This document shows, in pieces, positions 24,801 to 32,806 of a stretch of 44,389 bases of DNA. The translations under genes and the position numbers were made by a program. Numbering within the stretch: the stretch's first letter is position 1; each line of letters begins with the position of its first letter. The notes under the pieces were generated by a model. It saw only the letters and a list, made by a program, of their open reading frames with translations. It was not told the origin of the DNA and did not search any database. The stretch is from Octopus sinensis (taxonomy: Eukaryota): contig NW_021835220.1 in assembly GCF_006345805.1 (NCBI RefSeq), positions 1 to 44,389 on the forward strand. Reading direction: 5' to 3'.

Positions 24801-27800
24801 TTTGATGGTTGAAATGTTGTTCCCTCGCAGATCTCTATAGCAGTAAAGAAAGAGTAAAATAGATTATTTGGAAAGTATTTGTGATACGATATCAAACACT
24901 GTGACTTCAGAATGAAAGGAAGAAAAAGAAGAAAGATAACGAAGAAGAAAAAGAAGAAGAAGAAGAAGAAGAAGAAGAAGAAGAAGAAGAAGAAGAAGAA
25001 GAAGAAGAAGAAGAAGAAGAAGAAGAAGAAGAAGAAGCAGAAGGAGAAGAAGAAGAAGCAGGAGGAGAAGAATATCTTAACGTGGCAGCCGTTTCATGTT
25101 TATTTCCTACTTGACTTGCACAACCTCGAGTATCCGCTTCGCCTCTCTATGTACCAACACACACATCCACACACATACACGCACATGTATGCACATATAA
25201 GCACATACACACATATACACTCAGAAATATACACACATATGTATATCTACCTCTGGGTGCGAGTATGTGTGTGAACCTCGTCCCCGTAGTGGTGTCCTTT
25301 TATCTGTCGATACAGTTTATTATCGAATCTAAAGGTGTTGTCTTCTAGTTCCCGGCGTGTGTCTTTGGAAATGCGTTTTGAAGCGTTCGTCCATCCGTCC
25401 GCTATGTTTTTCTACCCAGTGTTTGATTGCTCCCAGGCCCAAAGTGTGATGTATTTGTACAAAGATTAGTCAAATCTTTTAAGTATAGTACGTTCTGGGA
25501 CAGTGGGTGGAATGTGTTTGATGAAATCCATATCGTCTCGGGTATAGCTGGGCATTAATGGGCACAACGGTTTGAGGAGTATATCCAAAAGATGGCTCAG
25601 TTGTTGTGTTGGGGCTCAAGGTCCAGCAACTGTTGGTCTCAATTTGATGTCAGTAGGTCTTAGTATTTTTATATGCTGATCCTTGCATTTTGGAGCATTC
25701 GCAGATCTTGGGTGATCCATAGAAATTACTCTCTTTCATTACAGAGCTGCATAAATAATCTTTCTCTTTATCTGTGAACGAACGTTGGTATTCATTTATC
25801 TTAATTTTGGGTGTATTTATTATTACTTTCTCCGCGTGTCTTGGTTCTTTCTTGTAGCAGGATTAGTCTGTTTCCAATATTTTATCTTTATAGTAGTCTT
25901 GGTCCGTGACTGCTATCACCCTTCCCCAATCGGTTTCGTTTAGGATGATTAAATTGTCAATTTGCAGTTTGTAAGGCTTTCTTTTCGTCTTCACGAAGGC
26001 TCTGTTTGCATTTTCGTATATTTTATTATATAAGATATAAAACAGATTTAAATCACCACGTAAAGTATGAATGAAAAACACACATGCATGTAAAATATGA
26101 GAAAAGAATGGATGTTCAAAATATTTGTGATTTGAATTAGATTTACAAAGCCTTCGTTGCAACATCAGTTTTCAGTGGAAGATATTTTTATCATCTCAGA
26201 AGTCAGCTTTATTTAGAAATATCTTGTTTCTGTCCAATGAGCATTCTATTTGTTATTACACTTTGCTGTCAAAAGTAATTTATCTTTGCAAAAGTAAACT
26301 CCTCTCCTTTGCATAATTAATGCATAAAAGTTCTTCACAAAAATAAATAAACCCCCAAAACTTCAAGACTGAAATAATAGACTAGGAAGGAAAACATAAC
26401 AGAAATAGAAAGGGATTTATTAATAGAATTGGTGATGGTAGAGTGGGGAAACCCTGATATAATTTTGAGTTATGTGCTACAAAGGAGAACAACCTTACAT
26501 GGTGATTTAACTGGTTAAGGGTGTTATTTAAAAAAGGGATGTGGCAACATACATTGCCTTAGGTTTTTTCGTCTTTTTTTAGCCCTTTGCTCCTTACTCT
26601 TGCTGTATTAAACCTCAGTTTGTTCCCATTATTAGCCATCTATGCTAAATCCTTCATCCCCTAAATAGCATCCCTGTTAATCATTCCTGTAAAGGTTAAC
26701 CTGCAACAGCTCAAACGGAATATTAATGACTAACAGTATCGCCCGGCATTGCTCAGGTTTGTAAGGGAAATAACTATAAAGCATTTTTAGAGAGTTATAG
26801 CCAAAAAATAGCAAAAAAATGGAAAAAAAATGATGGTAAATTTTTTTGAGAGTTAAAAAAGGTGGAGTTGCGTCCCCTAGACGGTCTGTGGTTTGGGTTT
26901 CTGATTCTCGACCCCATGTCGAATTTATCGATTTTTTTCAGAACTGGGGGAACTTTTCAAAATTTTCGCTGCGTTAGTTTTGAATTATGACATTGGGCTA
27001 TGTGTGTGTCAAGTTTCATCAGAATCGGTTGAAAGCCGTGGTCAGAGTGAGGGTACGAGAAAACAGACACACAGAAAACGCACAGACAAACTGCCGTTTA
27101 TATAGAGAGAGATATCTGTCTCACAAATATTGGAGATCTTGCAGGGGTTAAAAAACTTGTCTGATCCTTTCTCCAAAATCGCTAAAATAAAAAGTGTGGA
27201 ATTTTAACTCAGGTCACAGACAACTGGACAATATACTGCAAGGTGTCTTATTCGAGGTCCTCATAGTTGCATTTGTTCATTGAACAGTTATGGTTCTTTA
27301 TTGATCTCTGAAATGAATGACCCAAGGTTGACCTTGGCGGGATTTGACGTCAGATTGCCGTGTGTCAGAACGCAATGTATTCTACTAGACGGTCAAATGA
27401 TTTGTGCCAAACCTCGCTCAAGTTATGAACGATGAAAATATCTAACTTATTAAACAGAACTTCAACTTTACTATTCAACATCTTGAGTTATACGAGATTT
27501 AGGAATTCCATTATTGACACTTTTCTCTTTATTTTACATTAGGATTTCTCATTTTGTCAAAACGTTCCAAATGTTTTGAGAAATAGATCTGATCGAATGA
27601 ATTGATCCACTTTAGTATTAGAATATTTGATTAAAACTGAAAGTTTAAGGTGATTAATGCAATGATGCAAGCCAATTAACTGGAAATAATCACCTGGAAG
27701 AGCAGTGTGTTGCAACAGAGTATTTGTTATGATTGCATGTATCAAATAATTTCTCTTTTTTATTCTATTCCATTTCTTGAGACGTTAAATTTTAATAATT

Positions 27801-28930
27801 TACTTAAAAATTGCGTAAGATTTCAGGTGAACGGGGATACATCAATCAGCCGAAACTTCAATTAAGCTTGCATAATTTTGTAATAAGGTTTATTGTGTTC
27901 ATGATAGGGTAAATTTTACTGATGACATTCTATCAAAAATAAATTCCTCATAATTTGTTAAAACAACACTATTTTGATTTCTTCACTTAGGTATTTTAAG
28001 AATTTGGCAATTTAAGCGGATCTCGTCATTATCTGCTGTTTAATTCATCTGTTTCATTTTTAATTATAAAAATAATCATTTCTTCTATAGGAACAAACCT
28101 GAAATTTTGGGAAAGGGACAAGTCCTTTACATTGATCTCAGAGATAAATTGCTATTTATTTTACCGACTCCAAAAGAATGAAAAACAAAGTCAACCTCGA
28201 CAGAATTTAAAATCGAAACGTAAAGACGAACGAAATACCGCTCAACATTTTGTCTGGCGTGCACAACGATTCTGATAGCTCGCTGCATATTCTATTATAA
28301 AATTAACACAAACAATAATTAACAATTATTCTGTGACACGATCAACTGATATTATATCATATTACTGTAATAATAAGCAACAATTCAACTAATTAATGAT
28401 ATAACTATGTGGAATACACGTTTTCTTAGCACTAAAGTTTTTACACTGTCCGTTCATTGAATATACCGTAAGATTTGATAAGTTCAGACAAATGACATCA
28501 AAGTCAGATACTAGTCATATCCAATCTCTGTGTATGCGATGTTATATATTATAAATTCAATATGGTAAGAAACAGTTTATTTGACTTCACAGCAGGTAAC
28601 TTATCGATTTGTTTTACTCTAACATAAGATTGTGCTTAAAGCTGTGAGATAAACAGCATAAGCGATTAGCTGAGAACATAATCAATGAGAATTTAAAATA
28701 TTGGATGTGGAAAATACGTAGAAAGTGTCAAATACTTACAAATATTCAACATTCGTCGGAATTGGTTGTGGAATTGATAGTAAATTGCGACGTGCACAAT
28801 ATATTCTCGTTGTAAGTGAATTGCAATTACATGTGTTGCATATATCTGAATCAGCTTGAGTCTCCAAAAACAATATCGTACACAGTATCAACACAAGAGA
28901 CCGTCTATATGATACTACGTGGTGAAACAT
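1..28930 (-). CDS. Multi-exon LRR ectodomain protein gene (signal peptide + LRRNT + at least 11 LRRs), 3' end beyond left edge; join of 28740-28930, 24763-24834, 22026-22082, 19290-19361, 16537-16608, 14448-14519, 11934-12005, 9523-9594, 7162-7233, 4832-4903, 2427-2498, 1-36
   Basis: All internal exons have canonical TAG acceptors and GTAAGT donors, all introns are phase 2 (TT|A = Leu), and there are no stops. Manual splice gives MFHHVVSYRRSLVLILCTILFLETQADSDICNTCNCNSLTTRIYCARRNLLSIPQPIPTNVEYL|DLRGNNISTIKEGAFTGLSNLKTL|DLGGNNIATITGLSNLNVL|NLNENNISTITEGAFTGLSNLKTL|YLYENNIATITEGTFTGLSNLNFL|YLGSNNIATIKEGAFTALSNLKTL|YLYENNIATITEGTFTGLSNLNYL|(NLGSNNIATIKEGAFTALSNLKTL)x3|YLGSNNIATIKEGAFTALSNLKTL|DLWNNNISTIK..., 310 aa in window. 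Matches the typical 24-aa extracellular LRR consensus LxxLxLxxNxIxxIxxxxFxxL. No orthologue recognised. Confidence 0.9.
2427..2498 (-). CDS. LRR exon 10, 72 nt: YLGSNNIATIKEGAFTALSNLKTL
   Basis: Canonical splice sites; identical to exon 5. Confidence 0.92.
4832..4903 (-). CDS. LRR exon 9, 72 nt: NLGSNNIATIKEGAFTALSNLKTL
   Basis: Canonical splice sites; identical to exons 7 and 8. Confidence 0.9.
7162..7233 (-). CDS. LRR exon 8, 72 nt: NLGSNNIATIKEGAFTALSNLKTL
   Basis: Canonical splice sites; identical to exons 7 and 9. Confidence 0.9.
9523..9594 (-). CDS. LRR exon 7, 72 nt: NLGSNNIATIKEGAFTALSNLKTL
   Basis: Canonical splice sites; identical to exons 8 and 9. Confidence 0.9.
11934..12005 (-). 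CDS. LRR exon 6, 72 nt: YLYENNIATITEGTFTGLSNLNYL
   Basis: Canonical splice sites; differs from exon 4 by one nucleotide (TAC vs TTC, non-synonymous). Confidence 0.92.
14448..14519 (-). CDS. LRR exon 5, 72 nt: YLGSNNIATIKEGAFTALSNLKTL
   Basis: Canonical splice sites; identical to 2427-2498. Confidence 0.92.
16537..16608 (-). CDS. LRR exon 4, 72 nt: YLYENNIATITEGTFTGLSNLNFL
   Basis: Canonical splice sites, open frame, LRR consensus. Confidence 0.92.
19290..19361 (-). CDS. LRR exon 3, 72 nt: NLNENNISTITEGAFTGLSNLKTL
   Basis: Canonical splice sites, open frame, LRR consensus. Confidence 0.92.
22026..22082 (-). CDS. LRR exon 2, 57 nt (15-nt in-frame deletion): DLGGNNIATITGLSNLNVL
   Basis: Same splice flanks as the other cassettes; codons 11-15 absent; frame kept. 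Confidence 0.85.
24763..24834 (-). CDS. LRR exon 1, 72 nt: DLRGNNISTIKEGAFTGLSNLKTL
   Basis: ctttactgctatag acceptor, gtaagttcg donor. Joins exon 1 to give IPTNVEYLDLRGNNI, the classic LRRNT-LRR1 junction. Confidence 0.93.
24912..25070 (+). repeat. Short, nearly perfect (GAA)n microsatellite marking the right edge of the array
   Basis: Direct reading; homology to the array units stops inside it. Confidence 0.9.
25262..25965 (-). mobile_element. Degenerate Penelope-like reverse transcriptase fragment
   Basis: Minus-strand pieces DWGRVIAVTDQDYYKDKIL, NFYGSPKI, KLRPTVAGP*APTQQLSHLLDILLKPLCP, DNTFRFDNKLYRQIKG resemble PLE RT motifs (DKGxxxVIMDxxDY, FYGLPKIHK, LRPIVAGPxAPT). Contains stops and frameshifts. 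Confidence 0.8.
26730..27113 (-). mobile_element. Helitron/Helentron-type non-autonomous element (HINE/DINE-1-like)
   Basis: Minus strand starts ATCTCTCTCTATATAAAC followed by a (TG)-rich stretch and ends in an imperfect hairpin cctgagcaatgccggg plus a CTAG-like terminus (gttagt). Confidence 0.55.
28121..28285 (-). mobile_element. SINE family 2 copy in the first coding intron of the LRR gene
   Basis: Reverse-complement similarity to 43143-43310. Confidence 0.7.
28740..28930 (-). CDS. First coding exon: signal peptide + LRR N-terminal cap (exon spans 28740-28950)
   Basis: Hydrophobic leader LVLILCTILFL with a plausible TQA/DS cleavage, CxxCxC-x8-C cap followed by LLSIPQPIP. Acceptor ttttcttcttttacag at 28951, donor GTAAGT at 28739, phase 2. 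Confidence 0.9.
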
Positions 28931-29485
28931 ATTGCCAGGCGTAGATTTATCTGTAAAAGAAGAAAATAGGAAATGTCAGAGATTTCAATGTTATTAACTT
29001 CAAATTGCAGATTCTCTGAAGGAACTAAAATTCACCCCTGTTCCACATGACAAATATATTTTTGTTTTCATGATTGGATATTTAAAGCTAAAAAATTAAA
29101 TTTCGATAAATTAGTGTGAAGAAATTTATAAAAATATTATAGCTTTAACGCGTAATAATATCAAAGAAAACACCAAACTCACACACACAAACACAAACGC
29201 ACTCCTACACACATCTGTAACCATACTCGGAGGGGGGTCTAATATATATATATATACAAAACTAGCGAACCATGAGTTTCGTAGACCCTAAATACGCAGT
29301 GGTTGTAAACCCGGTTGGGTCGTTAAATCCGATGGGACCCCACAAGCAACTGTATTGTATCAAAGGATTTTTCCTGTACCCCAGTTTTAGAAGCGTTCAT
29401 ACAAAGTTTTTCCTTAAATAAACTATCATGATTTCATTTTACTTACTTTTTTTTTACTGAAAACAAGAATAAAGCATGAACGTAA

Positions 29486-30426
29486 ATCTATATATATAAA
29501 ACTCAACTTGTGTGTCTATCTGTGTATCTGTGTGTGTGTCTGTGTCTTTTACTTCCCGGCACATCTCCTCCTAGCCAACAAATCGTAGAACCACCAAACA
29601 TGGGTCACTTAAAGTTTAGGCGAATGAAAATTGAACTGCGCTATTTCTGTTCCGAAATTCATCTCGCAAGTGCAGAAATCGATAATGTGTTTGTTTAGGC
29701 CTTCTCCCATGCATTGAATAGTGAACTTTACTCAGTCAGCTGTTTGACGTGAACTGTGTTCACCACGCGTGCAAGCATGCGTAAATTGCATGAAAAATAA
29801 AAAAGCAAGACGAATCGCCGTAAACATTGTAGAAATTCGGCAAAGAAATGAATTTTCGGGATGTAGCCTGGAGGGTTTTTCCCTATTAATCGTTTGGACT
29901 TTGTGAACTCATACCAATTGTTTTCATACCATTTTTAACGCTTTGAATTAAATGTGACCATTTTGCGTTGAGTCTGCAGTTTGAATCACTAACCAAATTT
30001 TAGCAGGCAGGATTTTTGATCATCACGATACATCGCCAGCGACTCCCTGAAACTCTCCTCTGATATCCTCGTTGAGAAATACTGATCTAAAAGAATAATT
30101 CAACAATGCAATTTTCTGTATGTTATATGTGTTTGTAAATCCTGGTGTTTTTGTTATGTATTTGTCTGAATAATTTTTTATCATGCCTAATGCACTTACT
30201 ATGATAGGAATTGTTTCTGTTTTTAGATTCCTCGTTCGAGTTACCTCTATTTCCAGGTCTTTGTATTTTGAAAGTTTCTCCATTTCTTTATTGTTATTAT
30301 TATTATTTGTGTCGGTTTTGGAGACTAGTTGTTCGGAGCTCTAAGTTTTCTTTAGAATTTGTTGTTACAATGTTGTTTTCAAAATTTTATTGACCACAGA
30401 ACCCACCTCGCTGTAAGCGGGGCTAG
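29486..30426 (+). mobile_element. Possible second Helitron-type non-autonomous element, interrupted by a LINE fragment
   Basis: Starts ATCTATATATATAAAA plus (TG)-rich stretch; candidate 3' hairpin ctcgctgtaagcggg followed by CTAG at 30423-30426. The linkage of the two ends is inferred. Confidence 0.4.
30105..30289 (-). mobile_element. Dong/R4-like non-LTR retrotransposon fragment (restriction-like endonuclease region)
   Basis: EKLSKYKDLEIEVTR..LKTETIPIIVSALG; close paralog of 43808-43990; short (TAA)n at its 5' junction (about 30290-30307). Confidence 0.8.
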
Positions 30427-30559
30427 CTGCGGTGGCCAGAATTCGCCCCTTAAAGGCGAATTTTGAGTTTTAAAAACTACAAATTTATATTTTATAAAGA
30501 AAAAGTTCAGTCTGGCTTCCCAAATCGAGGCAAGTAAAGGTTCTTACATCATCCGTTTT

Positions 30560-31410
30560 GACATTTTGTCACCTCCGCTTGTTAATATTTTTGAGAAACA
30601 AAGCAAAGACAGCAGCAGCAGAAGCAGTAGCAGCAACAACAACAACAGCATCACAACCATCAGCACCAACAAAAACATAACAGAAAAATGAAGAGAAGGC
30701 AAGGAATCAATCCACTTTGACCCTAAAAAAGAAGACACACCACCAGAAATAGACAGCTGATTCTTGGTGGTAGATGTCCTCTTGGACATATAGGTCAAAA
30801 CGAGCATCTTACAGATGCGGAAACTTTACTAACAAACTATTCGGGTCAAGGCCTAAAATTGTGGTGAAAATGGACAGCCAAAATCTGGACACAATTCCAG
30901 ATATCATAAATTCACACGGTGGCACCAACCTCCACGTGGCCTTTGAAAGCTGATGGTTTCGGTATCATCTGTGTGGGAACACAAATCATCTAAAATTCTT
31001 CTATTGCCCACAACAAATTAGAGAAAGGAGCCTCTCAATTTTGCCAACATCACAACACCACCACCACCACCGCCACCGCCACCACACAGCAACAATAACA
31101 ACAATAGCAACAGCACCAACAGAGGCAGGTGACCATCGCGGCTACAAAATCAATAGTAACAGTAGCAGCAACACTAATCGCAGCAGCAAAAACAACAGCA
31201 TCAACCCCGGTCCCCGCCACCAAAAAAGCAACAACGTTATGAATAGGACAACGCCAAAAAGCTCTACAAGATTTGCCCCTCCCCTGTTCGGAGCACTCAG
31301 ACATACCTTGCGCGGATAGGGACGACGAAAGACCAAAATGGCAAGAGGTCGCCTGAACACACAAAAGAAAAAGAAACAGAACCCAAAACACACAGACAAT
31401 TCAGACATAG
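30560..31410 (+). mobile_element. Possible decayed ORF1 region of a Tx1/L1-like LINE
   Basis: Degenerate zinc-knuckle-like YHLCGNTNHLKFFYCP near 30965-31010 followed by low-complexity trinucleotide runs. Lies upstream of and collinear with the endonuclease fragment at 32578. Confidence 0.35.
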
Positions 31411-31474
31411 ACTTTCCCAAATGCATCAATAAATTAACATTGATATTTTTTCACCGTTGTTGCAATCATCTGAA

Positions 31475-32567
31475 ATGCAACTGTCAAAGCGCGATATTCG
31501 AGCAATTTTGCTATTCAACATCAAAAAAGGATGTAAAGCAGCTGAAACTGCTCACGATGTCAACGAAACGTTTGGTGAGGAAATGACCAGTGAGTGGTCA
31601 GTTTGAAAATGGCTTAAACGATTTAGCAGTGGAAACCTGAAGATCTTGAGCGTAGTGGACGCCCGTCTGTCATCGTATGACGGTCAACTGAAGATTGTCA
31701 TTGAGAAAGACCCACGTAAAACCACTCGAGAACTGGCAAAAGAACTTCAAGTCAGCCAGAAAATGCCTGAAACCATTTGCATGCGATCGGAAAATCAGAA
31801 AAGCTCGACATTTGAGTACCACACGATTTGAATGAAAATCAGAAAATGTGAACTTATGAAATGTGCTCGTCGCTTCTTCGATGAAACCAGACCGATCCAA
31901 TTCTTGACCGTATTTGCGATGAAAAGTAGATTCTGTATAATAATAGAAAATGTTTTTCGCAGTGGATGGACCCAAATGAAGCACCGAAAAGCTTCCCTAA
32001 ACCCGATCTCTTCAAAAAAGAGATTATGGTGATTGTTTAGTGATGTGCTTGTTGGACTCATCCACTATAACTTATTAAAACCCAGAAAATCCATTACTGC
32101 AGAAACATATTACCAAGAAATTGCCAATATGAACGAAAAATTGCTACTCCTCTGTCTCAGACTGGTCAACAGAAGAGGGCCAATCATTCTTCATGACAAT
32201 ACTCGACCACACGTTTCACTAATGACGCCCCAGAGGTTTAGGGAATCTGGCTACGAAGATATTCCCTACTCAGCTTATTCCCAAGACCTTTCTCCCAACG
32301 ACTACCACTTTTTCAAGTATCTTTATAGTTTCCTCGAGAGAAGGAGTTGAAAAATCAAACCGATGCTGAAAGCGCGTTCAAAAAGTCCATCAACTCCAGA
32401 ACTCCAGATTTTTATGTTAACGGAATAAACAAACTTTGTAACTCATTGGCAAAAATGTGTTTATATTAATGGTACAGACTTTGATGAATAAAATTTCCGC
32501 ATTGGTGGAATACATTGTGATGAATTTCATGTTTCAAAACGTTGCTTACTTTTTACTCAGCCTGATA
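31475..32567 (+). mobile_element. Mariner transposase pseudogene with right TIR
   Basis: MQLSKRDIRAILLFNIKKGCKAAETAH, KDPRKTTRELAKEL, VPHDLNE (WVPHEL), DEK*ILYNN, HDNTRPH, YSQDLSPNDYHFF, GTDFDE*. TIR-like cgttgcttactttttactcagcctgaTA ends at 32567. Frameshifts and stops; left TIR not seen. Confidence 0.9.
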
Positions 32568-32577
32568 TTTATTTCCA

Positions 32578-32803
32578 TGTCAAACGGGAATGAGGGGTGC
32601 GGGGGTGGAATGGCAGTGTTGTCCCAGAGACGCCTGGATCTCAACACAAAGATTATCTTCCTGGACCCAGAAGGTAAGTTGGTGGTCCTGGACGTCGTGA
32701 ACAGTAGTAACGGAGGTGTCCTAAGTCTGGTGGCTGTTTATGCCTCGACACGTTCCGGATAGCTGAACATCTTCAGACGTCTGGAGGTTTTCCTTGTAGT
32801 GTC
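32578..32803 (+). mobile_element. APE endonuclease fragment of a Tx1/L1-like LINE
   Basis: GGGMAVLSQRRLDLNTKIIFLDPEGKLVVLDVV...LSLVAVYAST matches the GGVAIL...DxEGRxxxxD...LVxVYAP pattern. Confidence 0.7.
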
Positions 32804-32806
32804 TAG

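Larger units (their letters stand above)
1..25070. repeat. Tandem array of about 2.1-2.75 kb exon-intron cassettes (10 complete introns plus partial ends)
   Basis: Landmarks such as agtatcaagaaactgaacgaacttac, ctatagcagtaaagaaagagta and cattgaaaat(c/t)atgg(t/c)gtt recur once per unit. Intron lengths left to right: 2390, 2333, 2258, 2289, 2339, 2442, 2017, 2681, 2664, 2680 nt. Confidence 0.97.

Noticed and set aside
1-25070. CRISPR-like or prokaryotic repeat-spacer interpretation of the array
   Set aside because: The units are kilobases long, there are no cas genes, the DNA is clearly eukaryotic, and the variable part is a spliceosomal exon.
27538-27609. 72-nt AG/GT-bounded segment translating GSIHSIRSISQNIWNVLTK*EIL in the first coding intron
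   Set aside because: In-frame stop, weak splice sites, no LxxN motif, and the register is shifted by one codon. Exon 1 already joins perfectly to 24834.
1-28930. Calling the gene a VLR, Toll-like receptor, LGR or Slit orthologue
   Set aside because: Only the N-terminal LRR part is visible. The similarity is generic LRR consensus, and the diagnostic C-terminal domains lie outside the window.
30544-31429. Hydrophobic or His/Thr-rich ORFs (poly-L, poly-V, HHHHH) suggesting a membrane or low-complexity protein
   Set aside because: Derived from CAG/CAA/CAC trinucleotide runs within probable LINE remnants; no coherent exon structure.
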